From Macrostomum lignano (Eukaryota): 64,000 bases of DNA. Shown here one piece after another: positions 13,001-25,441 of this stretch. Made by a program: the position numbers and the translations under genes. The notes beneath the pieces are model-generated. The model worked only from the letters and a program-made list of their open reading frames with translations. It made no database searches and was not told where the DNA came from. The stretch is from contig NIVC01001568.1 of assembly GCA_002269645.1 (NCBI GenBank), forward strand, positions 1 to 64,000, written 5' to 3'. Each line of letters opens with the position of its first letter. Positions within the stretch are counted from its first letter, which is position 1.

Positions 13001-15555
13001 CGGGTGTGTCATATTATTAAGTAGCTAATGTCAATGTCACTACCAGAGCAGATTCACTTGCCATCAGTGGCGCAGCCAGGGGGGGCCCGGGCCCCCGAAA
13101 TTTACCCCCCCCATTCGGAGAAAAAATTCTAAACCCCCTCCTCTGGGTGTTAAATGCTCCACCCCCCCCCCCCCGAAATAATGTCTGGCTGCGCCACTGC
13201 TCATCACCATCCAGCCAGAAAATCCGAAACCACCTTACAGTTAGTTGTGCGACCGTGCATTGTCTATCTGCCACAGAAGCTCGTCCAGGTGAATCGTGAA
13301 TTGTGGACCTGATTAGAGCGTGCGACTTGTCGAGATTCATGGTGATTTTTGTTCGCTGCGTAGACGAGTTTTCAACGCGTATGCGTTGCGCTGGCTATAG
13401 CTATCGGCTTAACGAATTATTGCCGTAGGTTGGGCCATAAACATCCAATGCATGTCTCGATTGCACTGGTATCGATTCACTATCACTAAGAAACTTTGCA
13501 GCTGCTCTACATGCACGCGAACACCCGACACACCCAAAATAATGACACACCCGAAATAACTCACCCGCATTTGATGTAGAGATACATTCTGAAAAAATAA
13601 TGTTGGTCTTCCACAGAAAATATCGAGCGCTTGATATTGTCTGGTCTTCCAGTTTTGTCTAAATAAGCTCTTTATTATTGGTGCACATTGTTCTGTAACT
13701 GTTTACTGCATTCATTTAAGCAAGTTTTCTACAAGCTAAAGTACTTTTGTGCTGCTTGATAATTGCAATGCCAGGACCAAAACTTCAAAGGCATGGTCAA
13801 GAGAAAAGGAATCAGAGCGCCACAATACGCTCACCGAAAAATGTTTGCAGCAATTAGAGCACAATTTGCATAACGTTAATGTATAAGATTCTTAAGATTT
13901 CTAGACCTATACTGCTAGAGTTTACTAAAACTTTTATAGCACATCGTACCATATCAGATAGTCTAGGATGAAAAATTCCTGATAACTGAGCTAGCTACTA
14001 GTTGAGCCGCAATCGATTTCGATAATCGGCCTCCAAAACTCTCCATCATTTTCAGTGACCTCCAAGTCAAAACTGTTGACTACGCACTCAGTATTTAGCT
14101 GTCAGTTTACTGCATACATTTATATACTATACAAAACTGCATTTTATTTACTCAATGTTTCTCTTGTATTTGCCTGTTATGAGCTGAGCATTTTACCAGC
14201 CTTTATTACTTATATTTTCGGCATAGCGCATCTTTGTGCTGGGTTTCATTTTTGTGCATATGAAAAGAAGTGTTTAAGAAACAATTATATTTTTTATATA
14301 ATATCAGTATGTATACAGAATATATCTATTCATTTCTTTTTTAATACTTTTTAATACACATAATATATATTATAATCAGCAAAAATTCCTTGCAAGTAAA
14401 ATTATGAAAAGTTCACATTGTACAGGAGAGAAAAAAAGTTTTGTCTGTTAATTTTACTCAAATAAAAGTGAAGTTCTTCACTTTGGGAGTTAATCAATAT
14501 GAAAGACAATGCCAGCAAAAATGAAAACTGTACCAATGAGTGTGGAGAGCCAGTGTCAGCCAGCAAGCAGTTGAATAACCGCAGTCACATCTTGAAGCAG
14601 TGCACAATAGATCAGCATCAATGCTTGATGTTGTCTGGTTAGCAGCCAGAGCATAGCCATCTTTTGTATGTTGACAGCCAAACCAATTGCTGCCACAAAA
14701 GCAACCAGCCTGCCTAGCTTCCTAGGGACAAGTGGGCTGGACATAGAACACCTTGCCAGTCATTAGGTTGGACAAATATGAAGCATTGGCCAATACAAAG
14801 CATGGTAGATAGGCTTAGAAGGTAGATAAGAGACCAGGAAAGTAGTTCAGGCTTGTTGCTAGTGGCTGGAAGAAAGAAATATTAAAAGGTGAACTACTCA
14901 GGTTTAATGTAAAAATGGATGCTGGTCAAAGATATACAAAAGTTATTTAAAATTATATAAGGCATTAAATATATTTGGCAACTCAACTAATATACTAGTA
15001 ATTATATAGCTACAAGTATAGCCATATTGTTTAAAAAAATTGAAGTTGATTTGAGAAAATCTAAAAAAAAAAGCTTCTACTAAAACAAAAGATGAAATAA
15101 TTCAATTAAGAATTTAAAAAATTAAAAAATAAATTTAAATATCTTACAGTACTATAAATTAAAAACATTTTTTTCAAAGTTTATAAAATTTATTATATAA
15201 ATTAAAATATCTAACTAATTCAAGAAAAAAGCTATTCAAATTTGTAATATAATAATGATATTGGCCTTTAAAATGAAAATTATAAATGAATTAATTATGT
15301 TTTTTATAGATACCTAGTAAAAGTGGTACATAGTGGCCTATTTTTGTGATTAAGTCTATTCTTCTCAAATCTTAGGTCTAGTCTAAAATATAGGCCTCGC
15401 TTAAAAACTGATAATACAACTTTCTCAAGCCTAGGTAAAAAAACAATATGAAATTACACATAGGAAATCTATATATTATGAAACTAAAGAATCATTGTCT
15501 AAATTTAATTACTTTTTAGCCTAGATAGATAGCCTAGATAGGTGATGGTCTAGTT

Positions 15556-15758
15556 CTAGGTGTAGCCAGAAATGGGTATAGCCAGGAATTTCCTATGGTC
15601 TGGGGGGATACAAAAGGTGAATTTTCTGTGGGGGGATTCACCAAGGTAAAAGTGCTCACATGATAGCATGTATAGCGAAAAGGGGCAACAAAAAAGTTTT
15701 GGTCAGGCTCTTTGGGGGGATACATCCCCCTTGATCCCCCCTCTACCCTATGCCACTG
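15556..15758. mobile_element. Decayed hAT-like MITE; its left part is the right end of every tandem unit and it is complete only here
   Basis: Right end CTACCCTATGCCACTG; left part TAGCCAGGAATTT resembles GGCGTAGCCAGG-type MITE starts. Confidence 0.45.
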
Positions 15759-16559
15759 ATTCTAGGAATTAAATAGTTACTAGGCCTAATATATGCATGA
15801 AATGGAACTATATCTACAATAAAAGATTAAGAGTACCTACATGCACAGTTTTTATTACAAATATACTTGATTCAAAAAAGGAACAGCACAAAAAGTTTGG
15901 CTAATGCCACTTGTGAGTATTTGCAACTTTGGGCATATGAAATGAAGTAAAAACAACATGAAAATGAAAACTTCAATACACAGCTATATGAAAATATAAT
16001 AGAGTAACATGTTGTGCATGTTAAATTAAAAGAATGGTAGTCTTCACTGCCCCAGATCAAATACAATCACTGCTTTTGTGACAAAAAACTGATTTTTTCC
16101 TATCTCCGCAGTGTATTTTTTCCAGGAAATCGTGGCCTCTAAAAAATTGCACGATCTTTGAGTTTTACGTCCTGTTAGTCTAGAAGTCCTTGATTTAAGT
16201 AAGAACAGATCTGTTAAGAATGTGTTAACCAAAATTCACAGATCTGCTAAGAAATTTAAGTAAGAACAGATCTGCCAAGAATGAGTAAACAGAACTTCAT
16301 CTAGGGAAACATTTAGCATAACAAAGCTAATACCTTATACAGTAAAAAACTTGTTCATGCTAAATATCATACGCATGAGAGAGCCAATAGCTCAGCAAAG
16401 AATACAATGCGGAAAATGCTCAAGCAACATTTCTTTGTGCATTTAACGAATTTTCTGCAAATCACAAAAACTTTGTGAGAAACTCTGCCAAAGCCAGTCC
16501 CAAGCCTGGTTGCAAAAAGAGGAGGGTAGCAAAGTTAACGAATTCACAAGCAAGGCAAA

Positions 16560-18065
16560 AACATGTTATATAAAAATTGCAATGAACACGTGACCAAGAA
16601 AAAAACCTTTAGCCAACCGGACCGAAAGGAACAAGAAGACGCAGGCGGTGGCGACGAAAAGGCGGGCGAAACGAGCCCAGCGAGAGCGAGTGTATTTGAC
16701 GCGAAATTGAAGTACGAGTATTACAAGCAATGGGATAAAAGCAGAGGGATAAAAAGAGGGGAAAGGCAGTGGGCAAAGGCAAGCGCACAAGAAAAAATTT
16801 TTAGCCAAGCATACCAACGCTGAGGGGCAGAGTACGCGAATAAAAGGGCCAACGCGACCCCAACCCCCACCACCCCACACCACGCACACAACACACCGCA
16901 CCCACACCCCCACCCAGCACAGAGGTAGAGGCTCGGTTGCACTCAGCTTCTGTCCTCGCCATGACAAGAAAATCATCTATGAAGACACTGGTGGCCAGGA
17001 AGCCTACGCCGAACCGCTTGAGTGAGACGATGGAAGATGCTGACAGAGGCACGACTGCCGAATAAGAGCCGCGTGTTCACTAAGTAAGCCGAGCGCCCGT
17101 CACCGAAGTCCCAGTGAATCCCGGTGGCTTGGTAGCACTGCGGAGAAATGGGCACAGCACGGTAGGCGGACGCGATGTCAACCTTCGCCATGAACCAGCC
17201 CGGCTGCATCAAATTAACGGCCTCATCGACGGAAGTGAAGCGGAGCTTGCGCTGCTGGGCGTAGTGGTCGTTCAGGCTTTGGCGGTGAGGAACGGAGCAG
17301 TCATGGCTCAGCCGGATGCTGGCACTGTCCTTAGGAATCATGCCGAGTTTGCAGACCATCGTGGGCTTGTCCGCAACCGGGATGTATCTGCCCAGACGGA
17401 TTTCTTCTTCTAGGGCTGCTTGGACTTGGTCGCGCTTTTGGTAGGAGGATTGGTAGTTGCGTAGAAAACAGGGCGTAAAATCAAGGTCATCAGCGATAGG
17501 GAAGCCATGCTTGATGCTGTCAAGAATAAAATCAGCGTCACCGGCGAGCTCCTGGCGCCAGGCGTCGATTCGAAGATGACCAGACGGCCGCGTCAGAGCA
17601 GAGATTTGAGTAAGCGGCCTGAGGAGGCCCGCCGCTGGGGCAGGCTGCGTCGGGTTGTTAAAATCTGAAGGCGTAAAATCGGCTGTGCGCGCACAATCGG
17701 CGCGCTTTCTCAGTTTTTTGAGCGATTCTGCTCAGAGTGGTTGCCCTCGCACACTCGGCTGGCATGCAGATAGCGGCAGTTCGTTCTTGAGCATTCATTG
17801 GTGCTGTTGAAAGACAGACAAAGCTCACGACCCGAGGCTGTTCGCGGCCCAACGATGCGGTTCTTGTTAGGCTGGGGACGCCTGGCTGTCTGGTTCTGCT
17901 GGTCAGTCTTGGTGCTGAGCAGGTGCTTGATAGACATCTGGGAGCAGTCTTTGCCCCAGCGGAGACTGTTGGCGGCGCAGTGCTGGCGGTCGTCGTGGTC
18001 GAATCGGACCACCCGATGCACCGGAAATCGGTCGAAAGGCTCGGCCACTTGGATGTTGTACCGGG
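16560..18065 (-). mobile_element. Ngaro/DIRS-type retroelement fragment (gag C-terminus, RT N-half, GT-rich terminal region)
   Basis: Gag finger LCLSFNSTNECSRTNCRYLHASRVCEGNH (17710-18048); overlapping RT FILDSIKHGF..LGMIPKDSASIRLSHDCS..AKVDIASAYR..RLLFGSRAS and FIDDFLV after a frameshift. RNase H and recombinase are missing. Confidence 0.85.
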
Positions 18066-18649
18066 CTTCCAGATCTTAGTTTTCAGCTTCGTACTCACAA
18101 TGGTTCCTGCTGAAGTACACTAAAGTACTTTCTGCATAATAATGTACTAAGCGGGGGGACTTGGGAGTCTGTAAGTTCGAGCAGGGAACAGATGGAGCCT
18201 TGGCGTCTTGCAGGCTTCTAGATTGATAATGTTTCCTTCCAGATCTCAGTTTTCAGCTTCGTACTCACAATGGTTCCTGCCGAAGTACATTAAAGTAATT
18301 TTTGTGTTAAAATTTACATTAATTGAACATATTACATGTACAGTTTTTTGGTATATTTATATTGTATCGATGGCATCACCAACAATTGTTGATAGGTTTT
18401 TTAGTTTTATTTATATTTGTTTTAAGGTTTTATTAGCTAGAATGTTTAATTTCGGTGTTTTACTTTTAGTTTTTAAATAGGCATTTTAATAGGCATTAAG
18501 TTATGCTGTAATGTAATTCGCTGAAACGAAATATGTTGAACGCTGTGGTAACGCTTATAATAATTGCTAGAGTTGATTTTTTACTAATTTAGACATTTTT
18601 CTTGGTTATTTTTCGTTTTTTACTGGTATTTTGTATTTTATTTTTTGGT

Positions 18650-19330
18650 ACTGGTTTTGGTACTGGCAGTAAAGACGTAAAAGAAGAGGGAAGTGTTAAG
18701 AGAGGGGAGAGTGAGGAATAAGAAGAGAGAAGAGAGAAAGAGAGAAGAATGAGTAGAGAATAGAAAAATGAAACAAAGATGAGAGAAGAAGGGAACAAGG
18801 AGAGCAAAGAGGCAAGAGTAGAGAAGGGAGAAAGAAAAGAATAGAAAAGAGAAGAGAAAGAAGAGAAGAGATGAAGGGAGAGAAGAGAAGAGAGATACTA
18901 GAAAAGATAGGAAACTAGAGAGATGATAGATAACAGAATAGACAAGAGAGTTAAGAGAGGAGGGGTGACAGATAAGATATAAGGGAGTAAAATAAGGGGA
19001 AGAAAGAGAAGAGAGTGGAGAGAGAAAAGGGCAAGAGAAGCAAGAGGAAAGGAGAGAAGGGGGAAAGGGAAGAGATAACAAAAAGTAGAGAAAAAAGAGG
19101 AAAGAGAAAATATTCGAGATATTGAAAAATAAGAGAGAAAATGGGAGAGAGAAAAGGGGCAGAGAAGAGAGAAAAGTAGAGAAAAGAGAATAGAGAGAAG
19201 AGAGAGAAAAGGGAAGAGAAAGCAGAGAAAAGATATAATATTTAATAAGAGAAGAAAGGAGAAATAAGAGAGAAAAGGAGAGATAAGAGAATAAAGATGA
19301 GAGAAAAGAGAGGAAGAAGTATCAAAGGAC
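18650..19330 (+). repeat. GA-rich polypurine low-complexity tract
   Basis: About 680 bp almost entirely A/G on the plus strand. Confidence 0.9.
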
Positions 19331-20775
19331 CCAAGGAATGGAGGCAAAGGCCAGAGACAAAAATTTGCATAGGCCTACTTTAGACGGACATTGTCTTTCA
19401 TTCCGTGGCAATGACAACCCCAACTAACAAGATAAATGCTTGCTCAAATCTTAATTTAACACAAATTTATTCCCATTTATGTTTACCTACATCTTATAAG
19501 ACTAAGTATTACAAAGGGTTTCCAGTTCATTCGTCTGCTGAGTAGACGAAACGCCCTTTCCTTCTAAAACTGTTCGTCTGCTGGGAAATAGGGTGGGGAT
19601 GAGAAGTGGGTGGGGACTGGGGAGCTGGGGAGCTGCCTGTTGTCTGGACAACTTCTCTGTCCGTTAACATTTTTATAAAGCACTGCATGTGTGGCAGTGG
19701 GGTTGCCACGGACAGTTTTCATTTATTTTAATAATTGTAAAGTTTTTTATGTATCAATTGAATCTCCGCACTTTTTATGATGTATCCGGCGTTCTTGAAT
19801 ATTATTGTGTTATTATTTAGTCAGTATTTATTCAGTAGTAAGTTTCCTATTTCCGCGATACCTACTGTACGTACTTAATTACTTTACCATTGTTTTACTG
19901 TATGTTAATTCCTATCGTATTTGAAACGCGAATGCGCTGTGTTTGGTCTCAGGGTTTTCTAGGCGCTGTAGTAGTTGTAGAGTAGCGTAGTTTCCAGAAT
20001 TCAAGTCCATCCAGTTTAAATAATAAATCTAATTACTTTTATTGCAAATATATTATACAAATAAATATGAATTAAATTAAGGCGCATTGCACCCACTAAG
20101 CAAGGACGCATTCATTCATCCGTCTGTCATCACAACGAATATTCTTTTTGAATTGTTTGACTTCAAGAAGTTTATTTTACATAATTCAGTTTTTTCTAAT
20201 TTTCAAATGCGTGCCAATTTTCCGTGAACGCCAACCCATGTGACCAACTGAGGTTTGCCAATGACCTCACCTCCCCTTGCTAGTCCCGAGTTTGGACCAC
20301 TGGCTGATGTTTAGTTTCCCAATGTCTGGCCCAACGTTAAATCACCAGTTGTTGTAACCGTTTTATGCATAATTTCTTGTTAGTTTCATTATAAACCATT
20401 GCGTGGCCCCAGTATTAGCGAGCTTAGACCCTACGCCTTGGAATTATTAAATATGTCTACTATAAATAACTTTGCTCTGCTCGATTTTCTGCATTCCTCT
20501 CCCCCCTTTTCCGTTATTGCCGTTTCGTACTGAGTTCGAGTTTTTTTAACAGTTTAGTTCTGTTCTGATTGCCTACCCAGTTTGTTTAGCGTATCGGCTT
20601 TTTCCTTTAATAGTTTTTATTTACCGCACCGGCGCCCGCGACATTATTTCGTCTGCTAGCAATTAACTAAAATTTATTAATAATCTTTGCCAGCTAGAAA
20701 ACCTGCTTTAATAAATAAACACCTGACAAATTTAATCATTAATACTTATTCGTTGACGTAAGCCATAGCCTATCT

Positions 20776-21207
20776 TGAATCATTTGCCCGTGGGGCGTAA
20801 AATAACCTTGTCTCAACTCAAAGAAAGCTCGGAGGCTCTTCTCGTTCCATAATACGAAAATTACGGTGGTGGCAGCAACTACCCTACTGAAAGTAATAAG
20901 CTCAACAAATCAACGCATTAATTTTTACGGCGCCAAAATCTCCGGTGTCTACTATTTGAACGACCGTGCCGCTAACGACCGCTCCGCTACGATTACGACT
21001 ACCCTCCCCCCGGACTTGAGAACCCGGCAGCCGGAGTAAAACAGGAGAAAGATTTCGTTGTGATTCGTCTGCACGATTTTCCGGATTTATTCATGCGAAC
21101 TCAACGCCGGCGGCAATTCAAACGTGGAATCCGCCCCATCTCACTGGTATCAGCAACTAATTTGAAACAACCAATTTCCAAGAAAACTTTCTCCGCCCCA
21201 CCTCACA
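20776..21207. repeat. Unclassified dispersed non-coding repeat, copy 1 (copies 2 and 3 at ~29848-30277 and ~30886-31300)
   Basis: Shared ordered blocks: TTGA(A/G)TCATTTGCCC, CCGTAAT..ATTACGG hairpin, TGGTGGCAG, GAACGACCGTGCC, CTACCCTC..CCGGA..ACCCGGCAG.CGGAGTA, TGGT(A/G)TCAG. Confidence 0.8.
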
Positions 21208-21339
21208 TTTATACGGGTATTTTATCATTTTAACAAACTATTTTACAATATACACCTAAAATAAGAAAGCTTAACTAAAAGCAGTGGAACTGAAACTGTT
21301 AAAAATTTGATAAAAATAAAAACATCGGCGAATAGTTAT

Positions 21340-21543
21340 TCTCATACAAAATTTTTCGGATGCAAGACATGTGTGTTTTGTAGAAAGTGTGTGAGCACTC
21401 GACAGCAAGCTTTGCAATGTGATGATTGCAGTCAATGGCAGCACCGAATATGTGGTTCAGGCATAAGCCAAAAGGAGTATCGTCAGATTCTAGAAGACGA
21501 CGCTGTATTTAACTGGATTTGCTCCCGCTGTAAATGGGAAAAG
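21340..21543 (+). CDS. PHD-finger-encoding exon (probably from a transposon-associated gene)
   Basis: CVFCRKCVSTRQQALQCDDCSQWQHRICGSGISQKEYRQILEDDAVFNWICSRC (C4-H-C3 pattern), followed by a GTAAG donor at 21544. Confidence 0.7.
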
Positions 21544-21781
21544 GTAAGCAAAGTAAAATTGATCACATTATCATTCACACTTCACACATCATCCACACAT
21601 TGATCACACCTAAACCCACTTAATTCACTTTCACTCAGCCACCTAATTTACCCACTTAATTCACTTTCACCCTGCCACTTACCCACTTAATTCACTTTCT
21701 TTCACCCAGACGAGTCCACATTAACTTACCCAGATAAATTTATGATCCATCTGGGCATCGCATAGTCTATTCTACTTCTAC

Positions 21782-22118
21782 AGGCTGGGTTCCCACTCAA
21801 GGGTGGATTCTTCTATGGCCGAAGGTGATGCGGTTCGATGACGAGTGTCGCACGCAGAAGCAGCAGAATCAGAGTTGGAATCAGCCAGCATCTGACCTTG
21901 GGCTTGTGGCAGCATACCTGATGGCGCCAGGCAAATCGGATCAGGCGAACGCTCGTGCAACTCGAAAAGGAGGCCAGGGAATCTGTTTTGACTTCAACCG
22001 GGCTGGTGGCTGCTCCAGAGCTCAGTGCCGATTTGCTCACCGATGCCGCCGGTGCGGCCAGAGTTACTCCGAAGCCTCCTTCCACCGCGAAGGGGATCCG
22101 GAGTTTCCACGCCAATGA
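21782..22118 (+). pseudogene. gag: Ngaro gag C-terminus with Cys/His finger
   Basis: WPKVMRFDDECR and ICFDFNRAGGCSRAQCRFAHRCRRCG. Confidence 0.8.
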
Positions 22119-22332
22119 CTCGAGGACTCAGGGGCACGGGAACATCAGGAGTCGCCCCCGTGTCCCCTTAGTGAATCAGCTGTTCAGAGCGACTCTCACA
22201 CCAAAAATGCTAACTCACCTCTGGAAAATCTCGTCAATACCGATAGTTTTATGAAAATCTTTGCTTATCAGACACTATAATTTATATATACAATATATAA
22301 TTTATATATAATTTATATATAATTGTTTATTA

Positions 22333-25300
22333 TATGACATGCATCTTGAAGCCTGGAAAGAAGAATTGGAAGAAATTAATATCTCCAAAGATGAAGCCAA
22401 TTTTATAATCTCTGGTGTAACTCATGAATTCCGAATTACTTAACAAGACACGCAGTGATCCCCAGCCAAACATTGAACTGGAAAACTATTATTCCTTAAA
22501 GGCCAACATTAAGCAGGCCGATGTACAGATCCAGAAAGAAGTTCTGCGCGGTCGGTATCGCCGCTGCCCGATTGGCATCAAGCCACAGATAGTCAGCGCC
22601 TTGGGATGTCGCGACTTTCCTAGTCATTTCTTAGTTCACCTTCACTTGTCTCTGTTTACTCTGTTTTCTCTCTCTCTGTCTAGCTCAATCTTGTTATTCT
22701 TATCTCTCTCTCCCTTGCTGCCTTCTGATTGGCTCTCCATTCTCGCCTCTCTCTTCAGAGCAAAAAGGCCGAATTTGAACGCAAAAGTTGCCCAGTGTCT
22801 ATGGCTCAGTTGTTTAGACTGCACACTAGCGCTCGCGCCGAAATTGAACGCAAAAACGACGAAATTGATTGCAAAAAGGTATAGTATTGGGCACGACTAA
22901 TCCCAGAGGGTGGGGCACCGAAAGGAACAGCAAAAGGGGCACCCAAAAGAAAAGGGAAAAGCCGGCCGCGGGACACAGTAAAACAAAACGGACAAGGGAT
23001 GGGGCAGCGAATGGAGCAAACAGGGGAACAACGGACGGGACAGCCGGGGGAACAGACAAAGGGATCAACAGATGAAAATTATTGACGTCAATCGTTCATC
23101 AGGTGGAGAGTCGCCTTGTTCGCATCAATGACCGCTTTCGTCCTCCGAGTGGTAGACCGGCCTACCACATATGGCTTATACGAGTATTAAGCCTATAATA
23201 CAGCTATAGGTTTCAGTCTAATACAGTTTCTATTTCTAAAACTGTTCGTCTGCCGGGAAATGGGGGTGGAGCCGGGGATGTGGAGTGGGGTGGGAAGCTG
23301 CCCATGTGTGCCCAACCCACAACCTCTTCATTAACATTGTTAAACTGCTGTAGGGACGGTTGGTCTCTTCAAAATGAATCTCTTCAAAATATGTCATCCG
23401 TGCATTATAGTGCCTACTGGGGATTTTGTCAATTTTAAACGCATGCCCTAGACGCGGCTATAGTATAGAGCGAAATGCAAATTTACTAGGGAGAACAGTC
23501 ATTTAGAGAGGGGAGACACGGTATGTGACAGCTATAGATGATTTGAAAGCTTCTTAATAAGTAAAAAGTTGTTTTGTTTCACATTAGGATCATTTATCTT
23601 AATAAATCGTTCTATACACCATTTATTGTGAATGTGTTTTTCAATTTAATTCGACCTAATTCTAACTCATTAATTTCAATTGGTAATGGTAGTCACTTAT
23701 TAAAAAATGTTCCATTTTTGGGGTGTCGCGACTTTCCTAGTCATTTCTTAGTTCACCTTCACTTGTCTGTTTACTCTGTTTTCTCTCTCTGTCTAGCTCA
23801 ATCTTGTTATTCTTATCTCTCTCTCTACCTTGCTGCCTTCTGATTGGCTCTCCATTCTCGCCCCTCTCTTCAGTCGCGCACTTCACCCCCTCCTTATTAT
23901 CTGGAGTCAACCCCACTCTAAATTAGTCATATAAATATACTTGTTTGGGCACTGCGCCCACTTACTGGCTTATCTCCTCCAATTTAACTCCAATTTAAAT
24001 ATCTCATAGTTAGTCTTAGTATTTTCTCTACATGGGAGCCATTCCTAAGCCTGGATCCGCCTCAGTGCGACTCATTCACGATTGCAGCCGGCCTGAGGGG
24101 CTCGCGGTTAACGACTACTACTCGATGCCTTCAAAATTCCGTTTGACAGCCGCTACGAACTTCAGCAGAAGACTGCATCCCGGCTCTTACATGTGTAAAG
24201 TTGACCTTAGCCAAGCCTACCGTTCGTGCGGGATCCACCCTGATGATCAGATGCTCGCCGGAATTAAGTACTTGCCTCCTGGTAGCCGCGAGCCAGTCTA
24301 CCTCATCGACACCAGGCTTCCATTCGGAGCAGCGGCTTCCGTCTACTGTTTTCAAAAGCTGAGCTCTGCCATCAGACTCATGATGATCAGACGCGGTTTC
24401 AATAACACGGAGGCGTATATTGATGATTTCGCCTTCTGCGGTTCCTTGACTGAATGCAGGGACTTCTATTCGGAGCTCAAGAGTCTTGTTGTGCGTCTCG
24501 GTTTTGAGATCAACGAAAAGAAATGTGTGCCACCGACTCAGTGCATGGTTTTCTTGGGAATCAGATTCGACTCTGTGGCTGGAACGATGTCGCTACCGCC
24601 CGAAAAGTTGGAAGAGCTGCAGCTGCTGCTGAAAGACTGCCTGGCGAAGCCGAGGCTTTCCAAGCGGATTCTGCGGAGGGTTATCGGCAAACTGAACTGG
24701 GCTGCGCAGGTTGTACCTCACGGGAGGCCTTTCCTGAGAGACCTCATCGACGCTGCCGATTCACTGAAACGCCCGAGTCATCGAGTCAAGATGAACACTC
24801 CGCTGCACAGCTGCTTATTCTGGTGGCGCCTGGCGTTGGAAAGCCGTCGATCTAGACCGATCTGGCAGCCAAACAAGCCGTGCCTCGCCATGAAGACAGA
24901 TACTTGCGGTCTAGGCGGTGCTGCTATTCTCCAAGATTCGAATGGTTGCCGTGACTGGCTCTACTTCAACTGGTCAGCTGATGCTGAGGCCGAGTACGAA
25001 AATCTTTCTATTAATTACAAGGAGGCTGTGACCGTCCTTCTTGCGGTCATCTGCTGGGGTAGCCAGCTTTTTGGCTATCGTATTGGCGTTTTCTGCGACA
25101 ACGAGGCTGCGTGTGCTATTATTAATAAAGGTTCGTCTAGAGAACCCATCATTCTCCGGCTGCTGCAACAGCTGGCTCTGCTCTGTGTTCAAAATGACCT
25201 TGATCTGAAGGTGCTGCACGTCCCGGAAACTTTTCAGTTGTTGGCCGATCCGGGTTCCCGGTTGCATAGCCGCAGTCAGCTTGTGAATTTTCTTTGTTGG

Positions 25301-25441
25301 GTCTATGGGACTCTCGATGTTGATGCTGAAGAGTTCAGCAGCCACTGCCTCTGCCCCGCCACCCGTCGCTTTCTCAATTTTCAGGTCGCCTCCCTCCTGC
25401 GGCCGCCAGCCAAGTCGGGCCCCAAGCCCGCCGCCTGCTGA
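22333..25441 (+). pseudogene. Ngaro RT-RNase H, split by the LTR-type insertion; the 24032-25441 part is open
   Basis: Left part ends IVSALG and right part resumes AIPKPGSASVRLIHDCS. Motifs CKVDLSQAY, RLPFGAAAS, AYIDDF, FLG; RNase H KTDTCG, INYKE, CDN. Confidence 0.92.
22607..24032 (+). mobile_element. Short non-coding LTR-type element inserted in the Ngaro RT
   Basis: TG..CA ends, 5-bp TSD TGGGA (22602-22606 and 24033-24037), purine run before the second LTR (23724-24032); both LTRs start TGTCGCGACTTTCC. Confidence 0.85.

Larger units (their letters stand above)
3411..15664. repeat. Tandem amplification of a ~3.86-kb unit: partial 3411-4576, units 4577-8439, 8440-12296 and 12297-15664 (last unit lacks ~490 bp)
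   Basis: Identical ORFs recur at offsets of 3863 and 3857 bp; differences are mostly homopolymer lengths. Confidence 0.97.

Noticed and set aside
18589-19347. Hydrophobic L/S/F-rich ORFs
   Set aside because: Artefacts of the GA/CT low-complexity tract.
19530-19560. Possible hammerhead ribozyme (CTGCTGAGTAGACGAAAC)
   Set aside because: The core is CTGCTGA rather than CTGANGA, stem II would be too short, and the bases are better explained by a simple 9-bp hairpin.
20740-20790. Possible LINE endonuclease start (KIG.W.VN-like) on the minus strand
   Set aside because: It needs a frameshift, is not kept in the other two copies, and no endonuclease sequence follows.
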